The notes: generated from the sequence alone by a model not told the origin. DNA of 60,230 nt from a virus (IMGVR_UViG_3300021964_000063:1-60230), one strand, 5' to 3'. Positions 23,101 through 32,927 are shown, counted from the stretch's first letter. A program made the numbers and translations.

Positions 23101-26100
23101 TTACGACATTTATTTCGTTAAAAGCATAAGCATCACTATCTACTATAATCGTGCTTTTATTGGTGGTAATGATTGATTTTTGAGTTGGTTCAAAGTTGTA
23201 CCAAAGGACTGATGGAACTTTATTAGTAAAATTGATTGAAAGGCTGGCATCAGAATCAATCCCCATTTTTCCATTAGTTGATATCTCAAACTGATCACTA
23301 CTTCCTGAGGTAAGAAATCTGTTATTAAATTGAAGATCTGTAAAAATCTTCATTTCAAAGGCAGAATATGTCACTCCATTTGATATAAATGAAAGTGAAG
23401 AATCAGAAAGATCAAATTTTAAAATATTATTTCTACTTACTTCTATAAATGGATTGATTCTAGATAGAGTTCCATCAGAAGTTGAATTTATATCTACAAA
23501 TTTGGGATTAAGAGATTTAAGTTCATTTTTTTCACTTAAAAGTTTAATTTTATTAGAAGTATAGATGTAAACATAGTACATTCCATTATCTGTGAGACCA
23601 CTTGCTGGAGAGGAAGCAGTATATATTACTTTATCTCCAGTTTTGAATGGCATACTAGAGAATTTGATTGAGTTCTCGTCAACATTCACATCAGCAGCAA
23701 TGAAGTTTGTTGGATTAAATACAATTCTTCTATTATAATCATTAAACTTAACAACAACATCAATCTGATTGGTAGGTCTAAGATCAAAGAATATCTTATT
23801 CTTATATGCAAGACCATGAGTGCCTGCTGTAGACACTGTAACTATGTTTTTAGATACATTACCCTTTACAACATTGACTTTATCGGTATGGAAACTATGA
23901 TTGGTTCCAGTTCCTATTCCTGTAAAATATAAAAGACTAGTAGAGGTGTTTACACCAACATAGGTTCCAGTTGAACCTAATCCTACTTTATTGGAACTAA
24001 TTCCAACATATCTATTATTAAGTGGAACTGCATACAACTTATCATATGAAGATAAGTTAGTATATGCTACTCCTACTAATCCACTCCACACTTGAATAGA
24101 TGTTCCATCATTTGGATTGTATTTGATTATTTCATTTATTTTTAGACCATGATTTGGAAGATAGATGTTCCTTGGTTCGACAAATATCTGAGTGATTCCT
24201 GCCCCAGGATTTACAATTGATAAAGTATTACCAATACCTATTGTTCCAACACCAACAGATTCTGAAGGTTCAAAATAAATCTTTTTATTAAGTGTTAATG
24301 TTTGAGTGGTTTTAGCCAAACCAACTTTAATAGCAAATCTTCTTGAGTCATCTTCAATTAAACTGGATACCGTATGTGCAGTAGCAACTGTGTTGTTAAC
24401 TGCTCTCTCTACTCTTAATCTACCGGGTTCAATTTTAAGAACTTTAACTTTTTCTGTTCCTATCTTGAATACATCTTCTACCATTACAGTAGGATAACTT
24501 AAATTACCGGATACCGAAATATACGTGTGAATACCAGTAGATCCTTGAAGTCCTACTTCCTGTGCTAAGGAAAGTCTAGATGTAGTAACTCCAATAGTAA
24601 AGTTGCCATCTAATCCATCAAAATAACGAGAGAGTCCATTCACATTAATAATGTCTTTATCATTAAATCCATGTGGTGTGGACGATACTCCTAAAAACTG
24701 ATTCTTAGAACTTTGAGGAACAAACTCAACTTCACTAATTTGTGTTGTAGCAATACTTACAGTATTGACTTTTCTGCCAGATATTCTATCAACAGAAGCA
24801 CGCGCATTCTTACCAAATTCTACAACATCAAAAATAATCTTATCATTTACTTTATAGTTATCTCCACCAGTGCTTATTCCAATAGATTCAATATTGCCAG
24901 ATTGTGCTGCGGTAATATTAATTTCTTGAGGTTTATCCTTACTTGAATTTAAAATATAGTTGTAAGAACTATATTGATCATTTAATCTATATGGAGTTGT
25001 ATTTCTCAACCAGTTGTTGGATTTTAGATCATAATCAGATTGATTGGATGACTTTAAAAAGTTAAAAGAGTTTGGTTTTGATTTAAAAGTTGGTCCAATG
25101 ATATATGGAAAAGCAGGTCTTTTAAAGTTATCAAAAGGACCAGTATTATCAATATTTGCTTGTATTGTGGCAAAATACGCATAAGTTCCATTTGGATATT
25201 CTGGAGTAACACATATTCTTCCATTGTGCTCATCTAAATCACCAGAACCAGTAAATTGATAATCTTCAACAAAAAATCCCTCTCCAAATGATGAGAGAGG
25301 AGGTCTTTGAGATTGCTGTGTCACCAGTTCATATGAAGATTTAATTCGTGTTATTGCTCCTCCAAACGCATTTGTGTATCCATATGGTCCATAAATTGGA
25401 TTTCCATCATATGCCCAACCAATAATTGGAGAATGCTCTAGAGAATCAACCTCAATACCATTATCTAAGGTTAGATCTGTGTTTCCATAAATTTTATTTC
25501 CATTAGAATCAACTGAATATACGGATTCTCTCAGTTTTCTTGGCGCATATACATGAGCATATTGAAGAGAGTTATCTCTTACATTCTGCACTATAAATCC
25601 ATCATCACTTTGTATATTGTTAAAATCGTTAGCAAAAACATCAACTGTCCATTGTTGAATATTTGCTTTAATTGAGCAATCGTTTCCAGATTTAACTACT
25701 GTTAGTAAAATATTACCTTGACTATACCCTGCTCCACCATTTATAATTTTTACTTCTGTAATTTTTCCATCAACAATAATAGGAGTAAGTTTAGAGTAAT
25801 TGCCAGATCCAGTCAAAACTAAATCAGGAGTAGAGTTATACCCCGATCCACCTGACTGCACAATAACATCAATAATTTGACCATTAGAAACAACAGGGAA
25901 TAACTGCGCTTCAGATCCACTAACTAAACTAATATTAGGTTGTCTATTGAAATTAATCGTAGTAGAAGCACCATATCCAACTCCTCCAGAAGTAGTGTCA
26001 ATAGATTCAACACTTCCTCTGAATATCGGTTGGATTTTGCAGTTAAAATCTTGATTTGTTAACGTATTGACTCCAATAGTTCCTCTAATATTAACTGAGA

Positions 26101-29100
26101 TTGGTTCATAGTTAAACGACCCATTTCCACTAGAAGTAATATTGGCATATATGTTATTACTATAATAGTAATTCTTAGCAATACTTCCTGTTCCTATACC
26201 TGATAGTAAGAACTTATTATCATCTACTTTAGTTACATAATAATCAGTATTAGAAGAAATACCACTCACTGGGGATGACCCTGGAGTATATCTAATAATA
26301 TCACCTTCCATGTATCCATGGTTTGGAATTACAAAGTTGTTAGTAGAAGTATTAATCCCACTAGAAGGTATTGTTCTCTTTTGATTTTTATATCCAAATC
26401 CAGAATTTGTTACTATAATATCTGTTACTATTCTTTTTCTCTCTAATGTCTCTAGAGATTGTGTATCTTTCCCTTTTGAAAGTATTGTTACAGTGTTAAT
26501 GCCTGACTTAGAATCAGATAAGGTATTATGAAGTCTGACAGTGTACGCATCAACTACGTTTGCATAATATACTGAGTTGGTAGACAATCCTAAAATTGTA
26601 TTTGACCCTCCAGTTTTGTATACTATCTTCTCAAAATCTCTAAACTTGTGAAAGGTCGAGAACCCTATGGTACTATTAGATGTATTGACGTTGGTGCTTC
26701 CAGCACCGGCATTGAAAGTAACTACATGAGAAACAGATGATAGATTTGCTTTAGCAGCAGCATCTTGTCCTCCTCCACCTTTGATTTCAATTATAGGTGT
26801 AGTGACATAATCATATCCAGTATCAATTATATCAATTCTCTCTAAAGAACCCTTAACAGAAACGTCGCCAGCAACATCAGATCCTTCAGTGTCTGTAACT
26901 GATAATACTGGTGGATTAATTACATCATATCCATATCCCTTATCAACAACTTCAAAGTTATTAATTTTTCCATAATATACACTTTTAGGAGATTTGAAGT
27001 TAAGAATTTCAACTCCATTAATCAAGATACCAGTAGGTCCTGGTTGTGTAAAGAATGTGCCTGATTTATTGTCTGGAGTCAGCACCTGACGCACAATGGA
27101 TTGTGGTAAGAGTTGCTTACCATAGTTACTATAAAGTATAATCTGATTATTTTCTACAGAACCTAGGGGTATGATATACTTGTTAGAAAACAAATCAGAC
27201 TTACTTTTAGCAAGTTGAATCTCCGTAGAACTAACTCTCTTAACAAAATATACTAATTCATCTAAGTTGGAGAACTGACTTTTAGTTTTAGTAATAATTT
27301 GATTACCATCAGGAGTATTGGTAATCGTTTCTGTTACGTTGCTTTTATAAAAAACTGCATCTCCGGTATATAATCCATGATCCCCTGCTGATTGTAGTTT
27401 TATTACTCCCAATCCAGTCGCACTACCTGAGAAAGTGATTTCCTTACTGTAAGGATTTAAGACTGTTTCAAGATATGATGGAATAGAATTACTAGCAATC
27501 AACAAGTCGCCATTAAACTTGGTATACACATTTTGGATATTGGAGTAATACTTTTGAATGATTGGATAATCATTAGACAATCCCTTCAAAATAATATTTT
27601 TTAATTCATACCTTAATGAAAGTTCAGATGCTGGTATGCTTGATGATAACTTAACAGTAAATCCTTTATCGGTATTGATTGACGTGATAGAACCCTCTCG
27701 TACAACCCCATTTGAACCAGTAAGTCTTACATTATATCCAATATAGAAATAATGATCAGAGTTCAATTCTATTTTGTAAATAGATTCACTTTGATCTATA
27801 AGAATAATTTCTTTAACATTCCAGTTTGTTTTTATATTGAAGAACCAGTTGTTCTCTTTAAAACTAGATGAAGGATATCCTAATGTTTTAACATTTATAC
27901 TATCGTCAGAGTTCAGAGAAAAGGTATCGTCAAAGACATTAAAATCTTTAAGGGCTCCAGTAATACGAACATTTATGATACTATCTGTTCCTAGTTCAGT
28001 ATAACTGTAAGCAAAATCGTTTTCTACTACATTAGATGTATTTGGAATTTCAGTAGTTAAAGTTGTTATTCCAATAAATTGATTGATTGATTTTGAAGTG
28101 TATTGAACAACTACATCGTTATAGTCATTATCCTTCAGGACAATTTCTCCAGTGCTACCAAAACTTACAGTTGAGTCAACATCAATAATAGTGGCACCAA
28201 TACCTGCGGTGTTTACTAGTTGAGTTTTTGCTGCTGGTTCAAATGTGCTATAAACTGTTCCATTTACATCAATATCTCTTTGATATCCATAATCAATAGA
28301 AACTTGATAATATTCGCTTTTGGTATTAAATGCTTCTTTATCAATACCTGACGAAGCATAGTCCCAATTTAACTTTTCTACGTTGCAAACAGATCCTCTT
28401 GCTTTTGTGGAATCTTGATATATTGTGCGCCCCTTTAAATCTAAAGGATCACCGACATTTTTCTCAACCACCATATCAATGGTGACTCTATAATCCGCAT
28501 CAGATGGTTTAAACAAGTATTCACTTGGTCTTATAACTGAAGAATCTTTTCCATATAATGCTCTGAAAAGAATCTCAATTGAATCATCTGTACCTTTTGA
28601 ATCATAGAAAGATTTAGATCCAAAGATAAAGTTTCTTTGATTGAGATCGCTAACTATTGCTCTATCTTCAAAACCAGGAATAATTTGGTTTTTAAGTTTT
28701 CTAAAAAACTCTTTTAGAAAACGAATACTTAAATTATAAATTACAGTGTCTTTGGTGTGATATTCTGCTAATGTTTCTTTAAATACTAGTTCATCTGGGG
28801 TATTGGTCTCAGAGTAACTTGTAACGCCACTGAAACCCCGTACACACCCCTCAAATGACGTATCTGTCTTATGGGTGTATGAAATTATTTCATCATCAAT
28901 TAAAAGCAATCCGTTTCTTTTTGGAAATCCTTCTGTAAAATTTCCATCAATGTCAGTAGGGATAGAGTTATTAACTGGATCAATATCAGATTGAAGAACA
29001 GTAGAATCTACTAACGCATAAAGTTCATCTACTTTGACATACTTATCAATATTTTTAATAAGATCATATGTTCCACTCTTAAACTCTACTGAAAGATAAT

Positions 29101-29200
29101 ACTGTTTTAAAAATTCAACAAGCAGCGGGAAATCATCCCTCACATATGCAGGGACCTGAGATGCGATGATATCTTGAATATTGACTCTATCGATTGCCAT
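17141..29200 (-). CDS. gp7: Baseplate wedge initiator, gp7-like (4019 aa)
   Basis: P.YVR.DFP..VEFLKQYY, FY.SKGT..S..ILFRALYG, HSPIIGWAYDGNPIYGPYG, DNEYYQNLSYS; between gp6 and gp8. Confidence 0.85.
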   Translation of the reverse strand: MAIDRVNIQDIIASQVPAYVRDDFPLLVEFLKQYYLSVEFKSGTYDLIKNIDKYVKVDELYALVDSTVLQSDIDPVNNSIPTDIDGNFTEGFPKRNGLLLIDDEIISYTHKTDTSFEGCVRGFSGVTSYSETNTPDELVFKETLAEYHTKDTVIYNLSIRFLKEFFRKLKNQIIPGFEDRAIVSDLNQRNFIFGSKSFYDSKGTDDSIEILFRALYGKDSSVIRPSEYLFKPSDADYRVTIDMVVEKNVGDPLDLKGRTIYQDSTKARGSVCNVEKLNWDYASSGIDKEAFNTKSEYYQVSIDYGYQRDIDVNGTVYSTFEPAAKTQLVNTAGIGATIIDVDSTVSFGSTGEIVLKDNDYNDVVVQYTSKSINQFIGITTLTTEIPNTSNVVENDFAYSYTELGTDSIINVRITGALKDFNVFDDTFSLNSDDSINVKTLGYPSSSFKENNWFFNIKTNWNVKEIILIDQSESIYKIELNSDHYFYIGYNVRLTGSNGVVREGSITSINTDKGFTVKLSSSIPASELSLRYELKNIILKGLSNDYPIIQKYYSNIQNVYTKFNGDLLIASNSIPSYLETVLNPYSKEITFSGSATGLGVIKLQSAGDHGLYTGDAVFYKSNVTETITNTPDGNQIITKTKSQFSNLDELVYFVKRVSSTEIQLAKSKSDLFSNKYIIPLGSVENNQIILYSNYGKQLLPQSIVRQVLTPDNKSGTFFTQPGPTGILINGVEILNFKSPKSVYYGKINNFEVVDKGYGYDVINPPVLSVTDTEGSDVAGDVSVKGSLERIDIIDTGYDYVTTPIIEIKGGGGQDAAAKANLSSVSHVVTFNAGAGSTNVNTSNSTIGFSTFHKFRDFEKIVYKTGGSNTILGLSTNSVYYANVVDAYTVRLHNTLSDSKSGINTVTILSKGKDTQSLETLERKRIVTDIIVTNSGFGYKNQKRTIPSSGINTSTNNFVIPNHGYMEGDIIRYTPGSSPVSGISSNTDYYVTKVDDNKFLLSGIGTGSIAKNYYYSNNIYANITSSGNGSFNYEPISVNIRGTIGVNTLTNQDFNCKIQPIFRGSVESIDTTSGGVGYGASTTINFNRQPNISLVSGSEAQLFPVVSNGQIIDVIVQSGGSGYNSTPDLVLTGSGNYSKLTPIIVDGKITEVKIINGGAGYSQGNILLTVVKSGNDCSIKANIQQWTVDVFANDFNNIQSDDGFIVQNVRDNSLQYAHVYAPRKLRESVYSVDSNGNKIYGNTDLTLDNGIEVDSLEHSPIIGWAYDGNPIYGPYGYTNAFGGAITRIKSSYELVTQQSQRPPLSSFGEGFFVEDYQFTGSGDLDEHNGRICVTPEYPNGTYAYFATIQANIDNTGPFDNFKRPAFPYIIGPTFKSKPNSFNFLKSSNQSDYDLKSNNWLRNTTPYRLNDQYSSYNYILNSSKDKPQEINITAAQSGNIESIGISTGGDNYKVNDKIIFDVVEFGKNARASVDRISGRKVNTVSIATTQISEVEFVPQSSKNQFLGVSSTPHGFNDKDIINVNGLSRYFDGLDGNFTIGVTTSRLSLAQEVGLQGSTGIHTYISVSGNLSYPTVMVEDVFKIGTEKVKVLKIEPGRLRVERAVNNTVATAHTVSSLIEDDSRRFAIKVGLAKTTQTLTLNKKIYFEPSESVGVGTIGIGNTLSIVNPGAGITQIFVEPRNIYLPNHGLKINEIIKYNPNDGTSIQVWSGLVGVAYTNLSSYDKLYAVPLNNRYVGISSNKVGLGSTGTYVGVNTSTSLLYFTGIGTGTNHSFHTDKVNVVKGNVSKNIVTVSTAGTHGLAYKNKIFFDLRPTNQIDVVVKFNDYNRRIVFNPTNFIAADVNVDENSIKFSSMPFKTGDKVIYTASSPASGLTDNGMYYVYIYTSNKIKLLSEKNELKSLNPKFVDINSTSDGTLSRINPFIEVSRNNILKFDLSDSSLSFISNGVTYSAFEMKIFTDLQFNNRFLTSGSSDQFEISTNGKMGIDSDASLSINFTNKVPSVLWYNFEPTQKSIITTNKSTIIVDSDAYAFNEINVVRTKLDGPRDIASIGSTTFTFNIASAPNIISFGSTNCNASYETTSKTAQGAISKVKILDPGSGYKTIPSISSIRSGFGTGAYLEPDSNNIGKLLKSEFNSTNIGYDFPTDPTLRILAGVPEVIKLSPLSSFQSIGITSSGINYLVAPDLIVIDGASNKIVDTDLKYNLGDTEVKILKNTSSLYNVPPTILPVNNSNGFSISSITYDNSTKIVRLFLPHQFSGGDFPFEVGKSILVENISVGVGSTGSGFNSKDYNYALFPVSGVNTAAGGSGAYVEYNLNQYVGTGYPGNYSKDSLGRVIPKVNFPIFDAQIRKNNFLKGERFEGPSYKGRVDSYNDNIEILKAKINGVARPGDIIRGATSGAEGSIESVTVFDAEINIGTGTTITRGWQKNTGFLNDNLQRLPDNEYYQNLSYSISSEIDFDTWSDPVGSLVHTSGFKKYADLQIFSGEINNDLKLTVSSPDSNIETIVDITSSADLNCYYDFDSAIERTKRLKNVDVSNEIVFDTIFLSDYFQSVGNRVLSIDDLSPQFNSNERTTPFEVISVFGNDFKYNKIITHARDRIFTDERQFAIVSCLQDNSVGFINQFASIESYPNLGYYDYASGSDGWKLLFYPTKFEFNTYDVSTTNFAILTGVSTESSKGFGDVAFIKSEITNVPTSTNTDIISIGATYRSAKIMANFEASDNKMFASELNLVHDGTDVYQLELGSIDENEGLTGVGFGTFDARLSGGNIIVKFFPNVALAMTCTASIIAISDAGTTVSDTLLDVTRVGSSYSTIASSGSPTANVVASYEDPSESAYYFMSIEDNTNSKYEILEFAALNSNTNDVYVEWGNINTGGTIGTVGVAASTSGLQIVYTPEPNIDVDVRTYFTEMRIYDDNTRIDEIDMFSTVIKTDHKDYEGTKLDLKTKFDLKHDGLDIFRRVFDGSSATTVDVSNNKVIIPNHYFVGGESIEYSHPGTGTTMAIVIDNTTFPSIGATTKLPNTELFVIKVDEAAIQLATSAENALSVPPVPIGISAVGAGASHAFNSTNQNAKALLTIDNMIQSPLAVTDITTTLDQNIIFDLVFNTTGLTSFTSGDVIKIDDEYMILKTIGVGNTIKVSVSRGDFGSTVAIHTTGTTITKYEGNYNIINNQLFFGVAPTGNSPLSTTTGDPSSRDWTGITTSSNFQGRTFMKGAGAGTTNETYHQNYVFDSISDRFTGIGQTYTLTSNASNITGITTSTIVLVNGIHQTPQGVQAYKGDYNVIEDLPTGISSITFTGSPSSSGYDYNKSSLPAGGQFISLGSTGGFGYQPLISAGGTALVSAAGTITSISIGNSGSGYRSGIQTVVNVGVQTYSGVIANVEFIGTASISGGNIVSVAITNPGTGYTFTNAPVVVFDEPLSYANIPLIFSSSSPSGVGRSATADIVVGQGSSVIDFEIRDTGYGYREGEILTVALGGATGIPTDTTKTFDEFQITVDRVHTDSFAGWSIGQFQVFDRLDDQFDGTTKAFRLSVNEETISIQSQKGSNIELDQTLLVFINDVLQKPGEAYQFDGGSIITFSEAPKGSLVGYGNTGDTSKILFYKGAGDSDVIFTDILETVKVGDLLKLSNNPDLNQPITLNQDFRTVTGINTVDSVATNSYIGPGVTTDQTLHRPLNWCKQKVDKIIDGDEIGKDRLAYEPSIFPAAYLTQSLSISTTIVYVDTVRPLFDSRNESNIRGFQNSIVVNTQDVLVGASVTAVVSIAGTISSFVVTNSGQGYVGLSTIAISVAPPIGLGNTHRASGVGSITSGKLSTVSVNTVGSGYTYTHPPTVIIEEPILVKEVMPVSSYNGDYGNIVGFGTTTNGSFNQLRFDFYIPVDSDMRNPNIVGTAVTVSGISTGEYFTVFNSNISPTVGSALTSLYNDGTTLGITTSFMDGVFQVYSASTVQSNVIGVGTTAIRRLITNVGSISTVSYGTTSFGSFSWGKINVSRSSISTTFSSYTENGYGGISTSALITRRDALRFNNYV

Positions 29201-29206
29201 TTCTTA

Positions 29207-31297
29207 TTAGTAGCCAGAAGTTGATTGGGTATTATTGAAAGTAGATTGTGCGACTCTATTGGAATTTACCAATGTTGTAGAACTTGTGTTTGAAGTAGAG
29301 GAGGATGTGGTTGAAGCAGATGAAGTTTCTGTAGTTATAAGTTGGGGGGTGCCGCGTACTAACTCATTTCCATCATAACTTGGACTTACAATATAATTGC
29401 TTCCAGAGATATCATCACCAGAATCTATCTTATCTACAACACTATTTACCGTAGTATAATTAAGGTCTAATTGTAGATATAGATCTTGAAGACCAATAAC
29501 ATCATTTGAATAAGGAATAGCAGATACTTCAATAATAGGAACTTTATTTCTAACAATACTTGTTGAAACAAACTTTATTGGATTTAACTTAATCTCACCA
29601 TGAATATAATCTACAACACCAACATTTTGTTTTACAATTATTGCTTGTTTTGGTGATGCCAACTTAAAGAAAAATAGTTTACCTGTCTTCAATCCAATAT
29701 TTGGAATGTCTCCAAGATATAATGTATCAGAGATTCCACTGATTTTGAAACCTGATGATCTTACATTAAATCCTTTGTTCTCAGCATCAGATAGATTTGT
29801 GCCACATTTATCTGTGGAAGAGTTCTTAACTTGGAATCTATTACCATAACATAATTCATACTGACCAAACTTATTAATAACAGGTTCTAAGTCTCTTCTT
29901 ATCTGGACATTTGTAATGTTAGAAGTTGCAGCAATATTACTATTATCAATTAAAGTTTGATACTTACTATACTTAAATCTTGCTCCAAACTTATTCAATG
30001 CAGAGGAAGATGAATATTCAGCGATCGATGATAGAACATCTGCCTTAACTACACTTCCACTTTGCACCTTATTTGTATTATAATATACATTAGAATCAGT
30101 TTCAATATAAAGATAGTTTAAATCAATTAACTGAACTTGAATGCCCGCAACTTTATAGCGATTTATTTTTTCAAGTAGAAAATCTTTCAGACAAGTAGAT
30201 AAAAAGACTCCATTGACAGGTTTAATACTAACAAATACTTTTCCATATTGTGGAGGACTTAAATCTTCTCCACCATATGCTGATACAGACTCTGCTTCAG
30301 GATATATGTTAGGAATTAATGCCTCATAGTCTGATGCTGTCACAGCACGATTCTGAGATGCATAAATCTGTGGGGCATATCTTTTGATTGAATCCACAGA
30401 TTCTATTTGAGCACCAAGTTGCGATGATCCATCAGCAACTAATGCTGTAATAGCAGTTGTAATAGGAGTTCCGTTATTTTCTAATAACTCTCCACTAAAA
30501 GTGAATGAATCAATTCCATTTGCTGCAGCACCTGCAGATATCATATATCCAACTTTTACAACATTTGGTTCTTCTAATTTTTTACCAAATACTCCATCAC
30601 CAAATAGAAGTTCATATTTTTCGTTTGGTATCTCTTGTAAGAAGTAAACACGAGAATCTGACTTAATATCAATCAATCCACTATATTGGGTGTAAGTGGT
30701 TTTAATGTTTGATGTAGACGATTCTAGGACCTCTACAGTCATCAATGACGTGTCTATTCCTGTATTTGGTAATATGATTTTTTGATTAGGAGTTCTGGAA
30801 CTTATTGGAAACTGTGTCTCAACAAAAGTTCCTTCATATATTGTGATATCATAAAAACGTGCTATACCATCTGAATCAACAGTTTTTACAATATCTTTCG
30901 GAATTGAGAAAGTATAATCTTGCGAACCAAATCTTTGAGATGTTATTGCAACAAGACCCTTTTTTAAAGTTACACTTGATGCTGTTGTATCGGACACATT
31001 AACTTCAAAAGAAATAACTGCTCTTGATGAAGTACGAGATCTAGGCACATATCCTATATTTCTTGCTAGTGACACTACATTCTCTCGTAGTGTTGCACTA
31101 TCAATGAATACTTCATTCGTTACCATATTGGCATTGTATGAAGTAATATATGTGTTATATGCTAACGCATCAATAATTGTTGAGAGGTTTGACCCCTCAA
31201 AATCATAATCGGTGAAGTTAGAGTTTGCACGGAGGTAATCCTTTATGGAAACCTTTATCTGTTCAAAATCTAGATTGCTGAAATTTACTAAAGGCAT
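29207..31297 (-). CDS. gp6: Baseplate wedge subunit
   Basis: LDFEQIK...FTDYDFEGSNLS...DSATLRENVVSLARNIGY; QNRAVTASDY. Confidence 0.94.
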   Translation of the reverse strand: MPLVNFSNLDFEQIKVSIKDYLRANSNFTDYDFEGSNLSTIIDALAYNTYITSYNANMVTNEVFIDSATLRENVVSLARNIGYVPRSRTSSRAVISFEVNVSDTTASSVTLKKGLVAITSQRFGSQDYTFSIPKDIVKTVDSDGIARFYDITIYEGTFVETQFPISSRTPNQKIILPNTGIDTSLMTVEVLESSTSNIKTTYTQYSGLIDIKSDSRVYFLQEIPNEKYELLFGDGVFGKKLEEPNVVKVGYMISAGAAANGIDSFTFSGELLENNGTPITTAITALVADGSSQLGAQIESVDSIKRYAPQIYASQNRAVTASDYEALIPNIYPEAESVSAYGGEDLSPPQYGKVFVSIKPVNGVFLSTCLKDFLLEKINRYKVAGIQVQLIDLNYLYIETDSNVYYNTNKVQSGSVVKADVLSSIAEYSSSSALNKFGARFKYSKYQTLIDNSNIAATSNITNVQIRRDLEPVINKFGQYELCYGNRFQVKNSSTDKCGTNLSDAENKGFNVRSSGFKISGISDTLYLGDIPNIGLKTGKLFFFKLASPKQAIIVKQNVGVVDYIHGEIKLNPIKFVSTSIVRNKVPIIEVSAIPYSNDVIGLQDLYLQLDLNYTTVNSVVDKIDSGDDISGSNYIVSPSYDGNELVRGTPQLITTETSSASTTSSSTSNTSSTTLVNSNRVAQSTFNNTQSTSGY

Positions 31298-31298
31298 T

Positions 31299-31700
31299 TT
31301 ACCTAGTGGGTTCTAATGCAACGGAGAGTTCTTGTGCCGGTACATCTATACCAACAATGATATATTGTATCTTACAATCAAAACGATACTTATCAGGATC
31401 TGCTTTGACTTTGACATCAATGAGTTCTACTCTTGGTTCAAACAACCCAATAGTATCTACAATTTCAGTTTGAATTGCTGATGCTGTACGTGAATCAATC
31501 TGCCCAAAGAGTAGATTGCTTATGTTTGATCCTAAAGCAGGGTTAAATGGTTTTTCACCAGGTATTGTAAGAAGCAAGTTACGAATAGAACGAGCAATAG
31601 CATTCTCATTCGTCAGTTCAATCAAATCCATTTTAAGAGGATTGATTTTAAATGACGCACTTAAATCTTTGAATGTTTTACTGTTCCTTTGGACTGGCAA
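31299..31700 (-). CDS. gp25: Baseplate wedge subunit, gp25 family (TTG start)
   Basis: AI.RSIRNL.LT..GEKPF.P..GS, FEPRV motifs. Confidence 0.9.
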   Translation of the reverse strand: MPVQRNSKTFKDLSASFKINPLKMDLIELTNENAIARSIRNLLLTIPGEKPFNPALGSNISNLLFGQIDSRTASAIQTEIVDTIGLFEPRVELIDVKVKADPDKYRFDCKIQYIIVGIDVPAQELSVALEPTR

Positions 31701-31721
31701 AATAATACAAGAATTCTACCT

Positions 31722-31728
31722 TATTTAG
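31722..31728 (-). promoter_or_regulatory. Late promoter (CTAAATA)
   Basis: Upstream of gp25 start. Confidence 0.55.
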
Positions 31729-31732
31729 ACGC

Positions 31733-31894
31733 TTAATCCTCAGTTAATGTTACTGGTTTAGAACCACAAGTACACTGATGATCAGGGTCAGAACAATCAG
31801 TTGTTTCAAAAAGTCCGTCTTCATTAATTTTCTTAAGTTGTCTAGGAGTTTGTTCATCATTTGCAATCTCCCTTAAAAAGTTATTCTCAGGCAT
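31733..31894 (-). CDS. Hypothetical protein, 53 aa (MPENNFLREIANDEQTP...)
   Basis: Read manually; fills the gap and overlaps the upstream stop; below ORF-track cut-off. Confidence 0.65.
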   Translation of the reverse strand: MPENNFLREIANDEQTPRQLKKINEDGLFETTDCSDPDHQCTCGSKPVTLTED

Positions 31895-32555
31895 CGTTGT
31901 TTCCTCTCTTAATGTCTTGTTGTGTTTTCCAGAAGTATGACTCCTGATCTCCTAATCCCATACGGTCATAACCATTTTCAACCTGATAGTATTCAGTAGA
32001 GACTTTAAAGTCAGGTTTCTTTGGTTCTGCTGGTGTAAGACTATTATCATATATTCTCATTCTATTATTAGGATACAAAGCATATTGTCCATTTACTAGT
32101 TGTATTAGATTATGAGACTTATGCTCTGCTGGATTCTCACTGGTTGCATAATCAACTATATCAGGGTCCTGATGATAGTTATCTAGAGTACACACGTATG
32201 TACCCTTAACGGTCCCGTGATCTCTTGTATACAGTTCATAGTCCATGGACCCTATAAACTGCTTTTGAATCGCTACAACACCATAATCCATACAGTTCCA
32301 AAACTGTAAGTTCTGTAGATTCATATCGGGGTCGGGTTTTTTTGGTTGCGATAAGAATGCACTAATTGGTAACTTATCATACATCGCACCATATTCTGGT
32401 AGATAAGTTTCAAAATAAAACGCACGACCAGGTATACTTTTACATGATACCCAAACACCTTTTACATATTCGCCCCATCCACTCGTATGATCAGTTAAGT
32501 ATTCTTTACGAACCCATACTTCTACTGATGGTAGATTAGTAATCAAACAAGCCAT
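31887..32555 (-). CDS. Conserved cyanophage hypothetical protein (MACLITNLP...; ORF track starts at 32591)
   Basis: VWVRKEYL, SIPGRAFYFETYLPEYGAMYDKLPISAF, LQFWNC; 32555 preferred because 32591 lies in the terminator. Confidence 0.8.
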   Translation of the reverse strand: MACLITNLPSVEVWVRKEYLTDHTSGWGEYVKGVWVSCKSIPGRAFYFETYLPEYGAMYDKLPISAFLSQPKKPDPDMNLQNLQFWNCMDYGVVAIQKQFIGSMDYELYTRDHGTVKGTYVCTLDNYHQDPDIVDYATSENPAEHKSHNLIQLVNGQYALYPNNRMRIYDNSLTPAEPKKPDFKVSTEYYQVENGYDRMGLGDQESYFWKTQQDIKRGNNDA

Positions 32556-32589
32556 AGTATACTCTAATGTTACACATATGTATCTAGAC

Positions 32590-32616
32590 AAAAAAAGAGA
32601 CCCGAAGGTCTCTTTG
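32590..32616 (-). terminator. Rho-independent terminator with cUUCGg tetraloop
   Basis: - strand AAAGAGACC-TTCG-GGTCTCTTT followed by a T run. Confidence 0.85.
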
Positions 32617-32621
32617 ATATA

Positions 32622-32768
32622 TTATCGCCCTTGACCACGATAACGCTTTGGTTTTCCATTACGACTACTAGCAGCATACTTTGTATGCTTTCCTGATCCT
32701 TGCCGAGTCATCTTAGGTTGAGACTCAATCATTGTTTGTCCCAATAGAGATTTTCTAATCTTTGCCAT
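32622..32768 (-). CDS. Small basic protein, 48 aa (...KRYRGQGR)
   Basis: Read manually: MAKIRKSLLGQTMIESQPKMTRQGSGKHTKYAASSRNGKPKRYRGQGR; ends just before the terminator. Confidence 0.75.
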   Translation of the reverse strand: MAKIRKSLLGQTMIESQPKMTRQGSGKHTKYAASSRNGKPKRYRGQGR

Positions 32769-32771
32769 AAC

Positions 32772-32927
32772 TTAAATGCTCCTATCAGTATAAAGTGATT
32801 CTAAGGTTCTCTTTACCTCTTGGTTTCTTTGATGTTGCTTCAAATACTTATCACTAGATACTTCAGTAATAAGTGTCATCTTTGAAGCAAACTCTTCTGA
32901 ACGATCAACTTGAAATTGATTTGCCAT
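32772..32927 (-). CDS. Hypothetical protein, 51 aa (MANQFQVDRSEEF...)
   Basis: Read manually; fills the gap exactly between neighbours. Confidence 0.65.
   Translation of the reverse strand: MANQFQVDRSEEFASKMTLITEVSSDKYLKQHQRNQEVKRTLESLYTDRSI

Noticed and set aside
4622-24946. Short + strand and alternative-frame ORFs within gp14, VrlC-like, gp8 and gp7
   Set aside because: Shadow frames of well-supported structural genes
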